The notes beneath the pieces were generated by a model that ran no database searches, was not told where the DNA came from, and was given only the letters and a program-made list of their open reading frames with translations. Of a stretch of 64,000 bases of DNA, positions 38,891-48,894 are shown piece by piece (within the stretch, counting starts at the first letter, position 1; each line of letters begins with the position of its first letter). Source of the stretch: Thermoanaerobaculia bacterium (GTDB lineage Bacteria > Acidobacteriota > Thermoanaerobaculia > Multivoradales > Multivoraceae). Made by a program: the position numbers and the translations under genes. The stretch spans positions 1,056,001 through 1,120,000 of the forward strand of contig OY761158.1 of the NCBI GenBank assembly GCA_963664405.1. The letters are read 5' to 3'.

Positions 38891-39067
38891 CCGCCGATAA
38901 CATCACGCAACAGCACCACGGTCGCGGCGGGTATCGGCGGCGCGGCCCCCTTTTCGGCGTTGAGATCGCCGTAGATATCGTTCCTATGTTGCTCAGTGCT
39001 CTTTTCACCCATGAACCAGCCTCCTTGGTCGGCGCCGTAGCTTGACACAAAGCCTGCCCGTGAGAGC

Positions 39068-40327
39068 ATGGCGCCGATCATGAGCAGCGACACCACCCAC
39101 TCCCCCTTCCACGGACTCAAAGTCATCGATGCCGCCTCCTTCATCGCCGCCCCGACAGCGGCAATGATCCTCGGCGACCTCGGGGCCGACGTCATCAAGA
39201 TCGAGCCACCCGACGGCGACCCCTACCGCGGCAGTATCAACAACCCGGTGCAGCCACAGAGCGGTGTCGGCCACCAGTGGATCATGGATTCCCGCTGCAA
39301 GCGCAGCCTGACGCTGAATCTCAAGACCGAAGCCGGACGCGACATCCTGCTCCGCTTGGTCGCCGACTCTGACGTCTACATCACCAACCAACCCTTCCCG
39401 GTGAGACGCCGTTTCCGCCTCGAATACGAGGATCTCGCGCCCCTGAACCCACGACTGATCTATGCCTCGCTGACCGCCTATGGCGAGCACGGTCCCGAGC
39501 GCGACCGCGCCGCCTTCGACGGCGTGGCCTACTGGGGCCGCTCCGGCCTCGAAGACCTGGTGCGCGCTCGCGGGGCGAGACCCGCGCCCTCGGTCGGCGG
39601 CCAGGGAGACCACCCCACCGGCGTCTCGCTCTATGCCGCCATCGTGACCGCGCTGTACCGCCGCCAGACCACTGGATCCGGAGGTCTGGTGCACACATCT
39701 CTGCTGGCCAACGGATATTGGGCAAACGGTTGTATGGGATCAGCGGCTCTCGCCGGCGCCGACTTCGAAGAGTGGCGCAACCGAAGCGCGGGCCATCCCG
39801 GACTTTTCACCCGGGCGCTCTATGAGACCTCAGACGAGCGCTATCTGCAGTTCATCATGGCGCGCTCGGACGAGGAGCAGGACCGCGCGTTTCGCGTCGC
39901 CGGTCTCGGCGACCTTCTCGACGATGAGAGATTCGCGACTCGTGAGGCCCGCTTGGAAAACGTGACACAGGTTGTCGAGCGACTCACTAAGGCGATTGCC
40001 AAGCGACCCGCAGCGGAGTGGCTCGAGCTTTTCCACGCCGAGGCGGTGCCGGTCAGCCTCGTTGCTCGCACCGAAGAGATGGTCGACGACGAGCAGGCGA
40101 AGATCAACGACATCCTGATCGAGCCGGAAGACCCCGCCGAGGTAGGGGTTCCATGGGTGATCAACCATCCTGTGCGTCTGGAGGGCGTCAAAGAGGTCGG
40201 GTCGGTTCGCCCCCCGGAGATCGGAGAGCACAGCGACGACATCCTCACCGAGCATGGCTTCGGGCCAGACGAGATCGAGGCACTGCGTCGCGACGGCGTG
40301 CTCGAATCTGCACAAGAAGTCGAGTGA
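39068..40327 (+). CDS. CaiB/BaiF family III CoA transferase
   Basis: LGADVIKIEPPDGDPYR, KRSLTLNLK, NPRLIYAS. Confidence 0.92.
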   Translation: MAPIMSSDTTHSPFHGLKVIDAASFIAAPTAAMILGDLGADVIKIEPPDGDPYRGSINNPVQPQSGVGHQWIMDSRCKRSLTLNLKTEAGRDILLRLVADSDVYITNQPFPVRRRFRLEYEDLAPLNPRLIYASLTAYGEHGPERDRAAFDGVAYWGRSGLEDLVRARGARPAPSVGGQGDHPTGVSLYAAIVTALYRRQTTGSGGLVHTSLLANGYWANGCMGSAALAGADFEEWRNRSAGHPGLFTRALYETSDERYLQFIMARSDEEQDRAFRVAGLGDLLDDERFATREARLENVTQVVERLTKAIAKRPAAEWLELFHAEAVPVSLVARTEEMVDDEQAKINDILIEPEDPAEVGVPWVINHPVRLEGVKEVGSVRPPEIGEHSDDILTEHGFGPDEIEALRRDGVLESAQEVE

Positions 40328-40343
40328 GAGGTGTGGCGATGCG

Positions 40344-41675
40344 TCAGGGAGCTGCGGGAAGAGCGTAGTAGCGGATCCCGTAGGCTTCCAAGAAGCGCGC
40401 GAGCTGCTCACTCGGATTCCGTCGCTGTTGATCGAGGAGTAGGGCGTGGCGGAAGCGACCGAGCTCGACGAACAGCGAGTAGCCCGGCAGGCTCGGTTGG
40501 TAAGCCACGGGAACTCCGTCGAGCGCGACGAGATCCTTGCTGAGATTCTGCTTGCCGGCCGAGATCGCGTCGAGGATCTGGCGTTGGCGCGGTGTGACGA
40601 GCTCGATCCGGCCCATCATCACCCGCTCGACTTCGGCATCGACCGAGATCTCGAGAGGTAGGACATGGTCGACCCAAGTACGGGGCGCAATGAAGAAATA
40701 GCGCAACCCGGGGCTGTCGAAGTACGACAGCTCCCAAGTACGAAGCATCGCCGTGGCCTCGTCCTTACAGAGTCCGGCAGCATGCAGGGCGTCATACATC
40801 TCGGCCTTCAGCGCCTCCTTGCGAGCAGCGCTGTACTCTTCCTCCGCGAAAGATGCCGCGGTCACAATCCCTCCCCCCTGCTCGCCTCCGACCCACGGCG
40901 GCAGGCTATGGAACGCAGCAGTACCGTCATCGCGTATGTCGACTAGCCATTGTGATTCGACGTTGATGAAACCCACTTCGTCGAGCGCCTCCGCCTGCGC
41001 GCTCAGGTGCAGGAGCTCGCCACTCGGCTCACGAACAATCCGAACAGGAGCCTCTCGATGCGCAACTCCCCTGTAGAAGAGGAAGCGCTCACCCTCGCCA
41101 CTCGTCGCCAGGATGTCCGCCGCGTCGACCTTTCGCGGTGCCAACCAAACCGGGGCCTCGGTCACCGGTGGCGTCACCTCGGCGCCAACCCGCAGCCCGT
41201 TCCAGGAGAGAGTGCTAATGGCATCGTTCAGCAGCGGTCCGAAGAGGGTGTCGGCGGTGCCACCTTCGACGCGCAAGCCCGGTGCCACCGCTTGGCCCTT
41301 GGGAAAGAACTCCGTCAGCCAGCCACCAACAAAAGCAACGCTGACATCAAGCTCCATCGGCTCGTCGCCGCCTTCCGGTAGATGGAAGTACAGCACCGGT
41401 GTTTCCAGACGCATCGTGACGTGGGGATGGGCACGGGGGGCTCCCTGCACCAGTGAGGGGACGACTCGAGGATCGAAGAGGAGCTGCCCAGCTATACGGT
41501 GGACGAAGAGCGGCACGGGCTCGTCGTCGACGTTGATGCCGCGAACTGCTCTGCCGCGCTCGTCCTGGAAGGAGGTGAAAGTTCCCCATTCGTGAGCTTG
41601 CAGACTTCCCTCCCGCGCCGCCAGAGCAACCGACACCAACAGAGCGGGGAGGGCGATAACAAACAGACTCTTCAT
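40344..41675 (-). CDS. Secreted hypothetical protein with HEWGTFTS motif
   Basis: Signal peptide; HEWGTFTS, RLETPVLYF, FLFYRG, RVMMGRIE. Confidence 0.8.
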   Translation of the reverse strand: MKSLFVIALPALLVSVALAAREGSLQAHEWGTFTSFQDERGRAVRGINVDDEPVPLFVHRIAGQLLFDPRVVPSLVQGAPRAHPHVTMRLETPVLYFHLPEGGDEPMELDVSVAFVGGWLTEFFPKGQAVAPGLRVEGGTADTLFGPLLNDAISTLSWNGLRVGAEVTPPVTEAPVWLAPRKVDAADILATSGEGERFLFYRGVAHREAPVRIVREPSGELLHLSAQAEALDEVGFINVESQWLVDIRDDGTAAFHSLPPWVGGEQGGGIVTAASFAEEEYSAARKEALKAEMYDALHAAGLCKDEATAMLRTWELSYFDSPGLRYFFIAPRTWVDHVLPLEISVDAEVERVMMGRIELVTPRQRQILDAISAGKQNLSKDLVALDGVPVAYQPSLPGYSLFVELGRFRHALLLDQQRRNPSEQLARFLEAYGIRYYALPAAP

Positions 41676-42020
41676 GGCATAGCGCTTGTCAGCGGACCCA
41701 CCTCTCTTAGTTGGACTAGGGCCGACGCATCTGAGTTCCGAGATCAATCCATCCATCTGAGCTCCGCAGCAAGGCGTTGACCCTCTCCTTGGGCCGTTTC
41801 TGGCCCTTCTTCGAAGAGTACACCGCCTCGCGTGGCGGTCCTGACTTCGAGAAATCCTGTTCACCCGCTCTCCCTCGAGCTCGCTTCTGCCACTCAGTGA
41901 CGCGACTACTTTGCGCTATGGGACAGTCCCGGGGGGCCTCTCGGCCTTGCGCTTGGCAGCTGATGAACTGAAGCGGTAAGGTCAGCGCTCTCGCTCACAA
42001 CCGGCCAGACAAAGGATCGC

Positions 42021-43133
42021 ATGATCAAGACGGCAATCGTTGGTCTCGGCTTCGGCGCAGAGTTCATCCCCATCTACCAAAGTCATCCGGACGCAGATGT
42101 CCACGCCATTTGCCGACGAAACGAGGTCGAGCTGAATCGCGTCGGCGATCAATTCGGAATCGAGCGGAGATACACCAAGTACGAGGATGTGCTGGCAGAC
42201 CCGGATGTGGACTTCGTTCATATCAATAGTCCGATTCCGGACCATGCTTCGATGTCGATCGCCGCTCTCGATGCGGGAAAGCATGTGATGTGCACGGTTC
42301 CGATGGCGACGACGGTCGAGGAGTGCCGACGGCTCGTCGAAAAGGTGAAGGCAACGGGTCTCAAGTACATGATGGCTGAAACTGTCGTCTACAGCCGCGA
42401 GTTCCTCTTCATCAAGGAGCTCTACGAGAAGGGCGAGCTCGGCGAGATTCAGCATCTGGCAGCCTCCCATCCCCAAGACATGGACGGCTGGCCGGACTAC
42501 TGGGAGCAGATGATCCCTATGCACTACGCCACTCATGTGGTCAGTCCATGCCTGGGACTGATCGATGGACTGGCTGAATACGTCAGCTGTTTCGGCTCGG
42601 GCAGGGTGCGAGACGACATCGCACAGAAGTCAGGCAATCGCTTCGCCGTCGAGACCTGCCACATCAAAGTCAAAGACAGCGACCTGACCGCTCACATCTG
42701 GCGGTGCCTCTACGATGTGGCGCGGCAGTATCGCGAGAGCTTCGACGTTTACGGTACGAAGAAGAGCTTTGAATGGACGCTGGTCGAGAATGAGCCCCAT
42801 ATTCTCCACACCGCCAAGAAGCCCGAGCAGGAGATCCCAGAGGAGATCGGGGTCCCGGACTACGCTCACCTTCTGCCCGAGCCCATTCGCAAGTTCACGT
42901 TGCCGCAGGAGATTCATGACGCGGAGCACCTCTCCTTCCTCCAGGGAGGCGGCCATGGCGGCTCGCATCCGCACCTGGTCAACGAATTCGTCAGTGCCCT
43001 GCTCGAAGACCGCGATCCGAGGCCGAACGCAGTCACCGGCGCCAATTGGACATGCGTTGGGATCTGCGCCCACATCTCAGCGACAAAGGGCGGCGAGATC
43101 GTGCACTTGCCGGAGTTCACCTTGTCGTCATGA
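42021..43133 (+). CDS. Gfo/Idh/MocA oxidoreductase
   Basis: VGLGFGAEF, AGKHVMCTVP, GHGGSH. Confidence 0.9.
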   Translation: MIKTAIVGLGFGAEFIPIYQSHPDADVHAICRRNEVELNRVGDQFGIERRYTKYEDVLADPDVDFVHINSPIPDHASMSIAALDAGKHVMCTVPMATTVEECRRLVEKVKATGLKYMMAETVVYSREFLFIKELYEKGELGEIQHLAASHPQDMDGWPDYWEQMIPMHYATHVVSPCLGLIDGLAEYVSCFGSGRVRDDIAQKSGNRFAVETCHIKVKDSDLTAHIWRCLYDVARQYRESFDVYGTKKSFEWTLVENEPHILHTAKKPEQEIPEEIGVPDYAHLLPEPIRKFTLPQEIHDAEHLSFLQGGGHGGSHPHLVNEFVSALLEDRDPRPNAVTGANWTCVGICAHISATKGGEIVHLPEFTLSS

Positions 43134-44023
43134 AGCGGTACTGCCCTCTAATCGGCACGACCGTACTTCTGCTCGCGCTAGCGCTCGGCGCCCCTTCATC
43201 CGCGCAAACCAAGATCGTCTTTGTTGCGGGTATACAAAGTCATGGATGGGGTGCCCACGAACACAAAGCGGGAAGCATGCTGCTGGCGGAGCGACTGAAT
43301 CGGAATGTGCCAGGCGTGAAGGCCGAGGTGGCAAGTGAGGGGTGGCCGGAGGACCCTGGCATCTTCGACGCTGCTGCTGCCGTCGTGATCTATAGCGATG
43401 GGCACTCTCGCCATGTCTTGAAACCACATCTCGAGCTCTTCGATCGGCTGGCCAAAAAGGGTGTGGGGCTGGTTACGCTCCACTGGGCTACGGAAGTAGA
43501 GCGAGGTGAGATGGCGGAAAAATTTCTCGAATGGCAAGGCGGCTATTGTGATGTCAATTGGTCCGTGAACCCCCATTGGGATGCCGACTATTCGACATTG
43601 CCCGGACACCCAATTACCCGCGGGGTGCGCCCATTCAGAGTGAACGACGAGTGGTATTACCACATGCGCTTCGTAGAAGAGATGAAGGGGGTCACACCGA
43701 TCCTAACCGCGCTACCGCCGATCGAGACCCTGGTGCGTCCCGACGGGCCGCGTAGCGGCAATCCGGACGTGCGCAGAGCCATCGCCAATGGGGAGGCGCA
43801 GCACACGGCCTGGGCTTTTGAACGCCCTGATGGTGGACGTGGCTTTGGATTCACAGGAGGGCATTTTCACGACAATTGGGGCCACGACGATTTTCGGAAG
43901 CTGGTGTTGAACGCCATTGTTTGGGCCGCCAAGATCGAGATTCCGGAGGGCGGAGTTCCTTCCGAGACACCGACGCGAGAAGAGCTTGACGCAAATCAAG
44001 ATGAGGCGAAACCGGGCGACTAG
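43130..44023 (+). CDS. Secreted ThuA-domain protein
   Basis: SHGWGAHEH, GLVTLHWA, HPITRGV, DEWYY, GFTGGHFH; ATGA coupling. Confidence 0.85.
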   Translation: MKRYCPLIGTTVLLLALALGAPSSAQTKIVFVAGIQSHGWGAHEHKAGSMLLAERLNRNVPGVKAEVASEGWPEDPGIFDAAAAVVIYSDGHSRHVLKPHLELFDRLAKKGVGLVTLHWATEVERGEMAEKFLEWQGGYCDVNWSVNPHWDADYSTLPGHPITRGVRPFRVNDEWYYHMRFVEEMKGVTPILTALPPIETLVRPDGPRSGNPDVRRAIANGEAQHTAWAFERPDGGRGFGFTGGHFHDNWGHDDFRKLVLNAIVWAAKIEIPEGGVPSETPTREELDANQDEAKPGD

Positions 44024-44061
44024 ATCGCTGGGAGTTGGTCGCACCTGATTCAGAGAGGCTA

Positions 44062-45519
44062 ATGAACAACACAAAACTATTGGTGGCAAGTTTCCTGACC
44101 ATCCTCGTTGCGGGGCTCGGGTTCGCGGTTCGTGGCGGATTGCTACTCGAGTGGGGAAACGCCTTCGGTTTCACCCAAACGGAACTGGGTCAGATCACCG
44201 GCGGCGGCTTAGCCGGGTTCGGCATCGTCATCCTCATCGCCAGTCTCTTCCTGGATCGCTTCGGGTATCGGCCCTTTCTGCTGCTAGCAGGCGTGTTGCA
44301 CGTGGGTTCAGTGATCCTCACCGTTTCCGCGACCTATGTGTACGGCGCCGCTGTCGATGCCGACCCCGAGGCAGCCAAGTCGGCCGCCTACTTCGCTCTC
44401 TTCTGGGGCATCTTCATGTTTTCTGTAGCGAACGGCATCTGTGAAGCAGTGGTCAACCCGCTGATCGCGACGGTCTACTCGAAGCAGAAGACCCACTACC
44501 TCAACATCCTCCACGCGGGGTGGCCGGGCGGAATGATCATCGGAGCCCTTCTTGGTGTCGCGCTCATCGGCCGGGTGCGCTGGGAGATCGTCCTCTCGCT
44601 GTATCTCGTCCCAACGCTGGTGTATCTACTGATGATCGCCAAAGAGAAGTTCCCTGCGTCCGAGGCCACTGCGGCAGGAGTCTCTTTCGGCGAGATGCTC
44701 AAAGAATTCGCGGCGCCGATGTTGTTGCTCCTTCTCGTTCTCCACGCCTGCATCGGATACGTCGAGCTCGGCACCGACAGCTGGATCGTCAACATCATGG
44801 ACATCGCGCTAGGCGGAAAAGGCCTCTTCATCCTGCTCTACACGTCTATTCTGATGTTCACCCTGCGTTTTTTCGCCGGGCCCATCGTCCATCGCATCAA
44901 CCCCCTGGGGCTGCTCTTCGTCAGCGCGGTCCTGGCCGTTATCGGGCTTTACTCGCTGGGGTCCTTCTCGACCGGAGTCGCCATCATGGTCGCCGCCACG
45001 GTGTACGGTCTGGGGAAGACCTTCTTCTGGCCGACCATGCTTGGTGTCGTCTCCGAGCGCTTTCCCCGTGGCGGAGCGCTTACCCTTGGCGCTATCGGCG
45101 CAGTCGGAATGCTCTCGGCCGGTTTTCTCGGGGGGCCCGGCATCGGCTACACCCAAGACCGCTTTGCTTCGCAGCATCTTCGAGAGACCTCTGCCGACCT
45201 CTACCAACAGTATGCAGCCGAAGGCACGAACCGCTTTCTCTTCTTGGCCCCTGTGCAGGGGCTGGACGGTTCCAAGGCCGGAGCAGTCTTAGAAAAAGCC
45301 AGGGACTCTACCCAGATCTTGAACGAGGAAGAGCAGGCGGTGAAGGACGCCTCCTTTTACGGAGGTCAGATGGCACTCAAGGTCACCTCCATCGTTCCGG
45401 CAATCATGGCACTCGGTTTCTTGCTCCTGATCGTCTATTTCAGAATGAAGGGCGGATATACACAGATCGTTCTCTCTTCGGCAGGCGAGTCAGAGCCACC
45501 AGCTATGGAGGAGGTGTGA
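44062..45519 (+). CDS. MFS transporter
   Basis: About 12 TM; DRFGYR, EAVVNPL, LHAGWPGG, FFWPTMLG. Confidence 0.9.
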   Translation: MNNTKLLVASFLTILVAGLGFAVRGGLLLEWGNAFGFTQTELGQITGGGLAGFGIVILIASLFLDRFGYRPFLLLAGVLHVGSVILTVSATYVYGAAVDADPEAAKSAAYFALFWGIFMFSVANGICEAVVNPLIATVYSKQKTHYLNILHAGWPGGMIIGALLGVALIGRVRWEIVLSLYLVPTLVYLLMIAKEKFPASEATAAGVSFGEMLKEFAAPMLLLLLVLHACIGYVELGTDSWIVNIMDIALGGKGLFILLYTSILMFTLRFFAGPIVHRINPLGLLFVSAVLAVIGLYSLGSFSTGVAIMVAATVYGLGKTFFWPTMLGVVSERFPRGGALTLGAIGAVGMLSAGFLGGPGIGYTQDRFASQHLRETSADLYQQYAAEGTNRFLFLAPVQGLDGSKAGAVLEKARDSTQILNEEEQAVKDASFYGGQMALKVTSIVPAIMALGFLLLIVYFRMKGGYTQIVLSSAGESEPPAMEEV

Positions 45520-45538
45520 GGAAGCCAGGGGACTGGCT

Positions 45539-47017
45539 ATGAAGCGCACCCGCCGCGAGTTCTTGAGCTCTGCTGTGGCCACGATTGGCGCTGCCGCGGC
45601 AAGCGGTCGAGCGCAGACGGCGCGCGAGCGGCCGAATATTCTCTTCTGCATCTCCGACGACCAGTCGTGGCTGCACAACGGCGCCGGCGGCGACCCGGTC
45701 ATCAAGACCCCGGCCTTCGATCGAGTCGCGCGCGAGGGCGTTCGCTTCACCCGCGCCTTCTGCGACGCGCCCACCTGCGGACCCTCACGCAGCGCCCTTC
45801 TGACCGGGCAGTCGATCTGGCGGCTGGAGGAGGCCGGCAACATCCACAGCACTCTGCCGGCCAAGTTCGCCACCTACACCGAGATGCTCGAGTCGTCCGG
45901 CTACTCGATCGGTTACACCAGCAAGGGCTGGAGCCCAGGCAGGCTCGAGCCGGGGGGTCGGACCCGCAATCCCGCCGGCGACGAATTCGAGAGCTTCGAA
46001 GAATTTCATCAGCAGCAGAGAGCGGGGCAGCCCTTCTGCTTCTGGCTGGGAAGCTATGACCCGCACAGGCCTTACGAATTGGGCTCGGGGGAGGAATCCG
46101 GGAAGGACCCGGGAAAGGTCAACGTTCCGCCCCATCTACCCGACCACCCGATCGTCCGTAACGACATCCTCGATTACTACGTCGAAGTGGAGCGCTTCGA
46201 CCGCTCTGTCGAGGTGGCACTGGAAATACTCGAACGCGCCGGGGAGCTCGCCAACACCTTGGTTGTCGTCACCAGCGATCACGGTATGCCCTTTCCCCGC
46301 GCCAAGGCCAGTCTCTACGATTACGGTAGTCGGGTTCCATTGGCGATCCGTTGGGAGGAAGCGATCCCCGCCGGACGCGTCGTCGACGACTTCAGCAGCT
46401 TGAGCGATCTGGCCCCGACCTTCCTCGAGGCGGCGGGCCTGGAGCCGCATCCCGAAATGACCGCTCACAGTCTGCTGCCGCTGCTGACGTCTTCGGCAAG
46501 CGGTCGATTGGACCCGTCTCGTGACGCCGCCTACATCGCCATGGAACGCCACGACGGCTGCCGCCGCGGAGGCAAGGGGTATCCGTGCCGCGCCATCCGT
46601 ACCGACGATTACCTCTACATTCGCAACTTCGAGCCCACGCGCTGGCCGTCCGGATCGCCGAACCGGGAAGACTGTGCCCGTTACATCCCGTACGGAGAAA
46701 TCGACTCCTCGCCGACGAAAACATTGATGATGGACGGTCGCGGCGATGCCGAGGTGGACCGCTTGGCCGAGCTCGCCTTCGGGACCAGACCTGAAAACGA
46801 GCTCTACGATCTTCGCAGCGACCCCGGTCAACTCCACAACATCGCCGGCCAACCCGCAGCCGCCAGGCAGGTGAAAGCGATGCGCGACCGCCTCATGCAG
46901 CACCTCGCCGATACGGGTGATCCACGCGCCCTGGGGCAGCCTGCCAACTGGGACTATTACCCCTATTACGGTAGAAAGGTCAACGAGAACTGGGCGGTGG
47001 ATATGCGGGTCGAGTGA
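45539..47017 (+). CDS. Sulfatase (Cys-type) with Tat signal
   Basis: TRREFL; SDD, CGPSRSALLTG, SDHG. Confidence 0.92.
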   Translation: MKRTRREFLSSAVATIGAAAASGRAQTARERPNILFCISDDQSWLHNGAGGDPVIKTPAFDRVAREGVRFTRAFCDAPTCGPSRSALLTGQSIWRLEEAGNIHSTLPAKFATYTEMLESSGYSIGYTSKGWSPGRLEPGGRTRNPAGDEFESFEEFHQQQRAGQPFCFWLGSYDPHRPYELGSGEESGKDPGKVNVPPHLPDHPIVRNDILDYYVEVERFDRSVEVALEILERAGELANTLVVVTSDHGMPFPRAKASLYDYGSRVPLAIRWEEAIPAGRVVDDFSSLSDLAPTFLEAAGLEPHPEMTAHSLLPLLTSSASGRLDPSRDAAYIAMERHDGCRRGGKGYPCRAIRTDDYLYIRNFEPTRWPSGSPNREDCARYIPYGEIDSSPTKTLMMDGRGDAEVDRLAELAFGTRPENELYDLRSDPGQLHNIAGQPAAARQVKAMRDRLMQHLADTGDPRALGQPANWDYYPYYGRKVNENWAVDMRVE

Positions 47018-47036
47018 GCAGAGGGGGGGCTATAGA

Positions 47037-47792
47037 TTGGGTATTGAATTCGCGGAACGACACCACGCTTTCGAGGGTTGCTTCAACTTTCGAGACATCG
47101 GTGGTTACGAGGGTCTCGACGGCCGAACCGTGATGTGGGGGCGATACTTTCGCGCCGGGCGCCAGGACCGAATGACCGAGACCGATCTCGAGCGAGCCCG
47201 CGACCTCTCCGTCACGACCCAGATCGACCTGCGGCGGCCCGACGAGATTCACGAGCACGGCCGAGGCCCTTTCGAGCAGCTCGGTACCCGATACGTTGCG
47301 CACCCGGTCATCCCGCCGGGTGGCTCGCAGATCCTCGACGAGACCGCGGGGGCCGGCATATCCGGCGATCGTTACCTTGGCTACCTCGATTTCGACTCCA
47401 CGCCGATACGCGGCATCTTCGAGATCATCGCCGATGCCGCGCGCCTCCCCGTACTCGTCCACTGCACCTCCGGAAAAGATCGCACGGGTGTCATTACCGC
47501 GCTGACCCTCTCGATCCTCGGGGTCGACCGTAGTGTGATCGAAGAAGACTATGGGCTAACGAATCGCGACGTTCCCCGTCACCTCGGCTTCATGGAGCAA
47601 GGCCCTGGACTGCCTCCCGGCCTCACACGCGAGGCGATCACGCACTTGGCCGGTGTGCCGGAGGAGGCGATCGGTGTCTTCCTGGATGGACTCGGGCGCA
47701 AGCACGGTGGCCCGCTGGAATACCTGCGGAGCATCGGTGTGAACGACGAGACACAAGGGGCGGTTCGAGAGGCCCTCCTGGAGCCGGCCTAG
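47037..47792 (+). CDS. Protein-tyrosine phosphatase (IphP/MptpB-like)
   Basis: NFRDIGGY, IDLR, HCTSGKDRTG; start uncertain. Confidence 0.85.
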   Translation: MGIEFAERHHAFEGCFNFRDIGGYEGLDGRTVMWGRYFRAGRQDRMTETDLERARDLSVTTQIDLRRPDEIHEHGRGPFEQLGTRYVAHPVIPPGGSQILDETAGAGISGDRYLGYLDFDSTPIRGIFEIIADAARLPVLVHCTSGKDRTGVITALTLSILGVDRSVIEEDYGLTNRDVPRHLGFMEQGPGLPPGLTREAITHLAGVPEEAIGVFLDGLGRKHGGPLEYLRSIGVNDETQGAVREALLEPA

Positions 47793-47842
47793 CGTGGCCA
47801 TTTGATGGCGTTGAAGAAAGGCTTCCATCTTTCTCCTCGACG

Positions 47843-48793
47843 TCAGTCGGTCACCACCTTGTCAACGGCCCAGGCTTTGATGAGATGATGCGCGATCGCG
47901 ATTTTCCCCGGAAGCTTCAGTGTGGGGTGCTGCTGAAGGATCGCTTGGGCTACCTCGTCTCTTGGAAACCAACGCACGTCCGACATCTCGGTGCTGTCCA
48001 TATTGATCTCGCGGGAGAGGGCTTGGCCGTGACAGCCGATCATCAGCGATGAAGGAAAGGGCCAGGGCTGCGAGGAGTGGTAGTGGACAGCGCCGACGTC
48101 GATTCCAGATTCCTCTTTGACTTCTCTTCGAACCGCTTCTTCGATCGATTCACCCTGGTCGATGAAACCGGCCAACGCCGAGTACATACGAGCCTTGGCC
48201 AACCGACCGGCAGATTGACCCAGCAGGCAGTTCTCACCGTCGACGATCAGCATGATCGCAACGGGATCGGTGCGAGGAAAGTGCTCGGCGCCGCAGTCGC
48301 TGCAGGATCGAATATGACCGCCCCGCCGCTGCTCGGTTCGGTTGCCGCAAACGCTGCAGAACTGATGACGTCGATGCCAGTCGATCTGCGAACGCGATTG
48401 AGCAACGAGCCCCGTTTCCACGGCCGGCAATGCCATGGCCGCCATTCGGGCGTCTTCGAATCGCAGGTGGTCGGGCAAGCTCAGCTCATGCACCGGGTCG
48501 TGGAGCTCTGAGATGTCGATGGCAAAATGTGGCACACCACCACCGAAGCCCAGGAACACTTCGGGTTCATGGATTTCCAGGCCGGCGATATCTGAGTGCG
48601 TCAACCACGCCAGGCGTTTCCCATCGGCGCTGTTGGTGAGGACGTTCAGGTTCCACAGCGGCAGGTAACGGCTGTGCGGATCCTCAGCGTATCTGGCCAG
48701 AACCGCAGGATCACGTCGAGCCGCGTCGCCGCGATCGAGCGGGTTTCCGGCAAATGTGTGAATCAGCTCGCCGTGCCGGCTCTTCTCGTTCAG
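47843..48793 (-). CDS. nudC: NADH pyrophosphatase, probable CTG start
   Basis: FAGNPLDR N-terminus, CSVC/CSDC zinc ribbon, FPRTDP, REVKEESG, SQPWPFPSS. Confidence 0.85.
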   Translation of the reverse strand: MNEKSRHGELIHTFAGNPLDRGDAARRDPAVLARYAEDPHSRYLPLWNLNVLTNSADGKRLAWLTHSDIAGLEIHEPEVFLGFGGGVPHFAIDISELHDPVHELSLPDHLRFEDARMAAMALPAVETGLVAQSRSQIDWHRRHQFCSVCGNRTEQRRGGHIRSCSDCGAEHFPRTDPVAIMLIVDGENCLLGQSAGRLAKARMYSALAGFIDQGESIEEAVRREVKEESGIDVGAVHYHSSQPWPFPSSLMIGCHGQALSREINMDSTEMSDVRWFPRDEVAQAILQQHPTLKLPGKIAIAHHLIKAWAVDKVVTD

Positions 48794-48894
48794 GGGAGGC
48801 TCCTCAATCTGATGCGGTGCGTGACCGCTGCCTGGGAGGCACGGACGGTCGACTTTTTGACCGCAGGGAACCCGCCCCCCGGTCGACGCGCACT

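Larger units (their letters stand above)
35577..38902 (+). mobile_element. IS21-family element, 3,326 bp, four ORFs
   Basis: TG...CA ends, 35-bp imperfect IRs (26/35), TSD TCACG at 35572-35576 and 38903-38907. Confidence 0.93.
34944..39012 (-). pseudogene. NUDIX hydrolase interrupted by IS21 (pieces 38903-39012 and 34944-35576)
   Basis: IPAATVVLLR|DAVSGPEVLMLRK rejoins in frame when the IS and one TCACG are removed; FPGG...ARETHEEAG Nudix box. Confidence 0.9.

Noticed and set aside
41676-41864. N-terminal 63 aa of the 506-aa ORF
   Set aside because: Reads through the structured intergenic segment; the signal peptide starts at 41675
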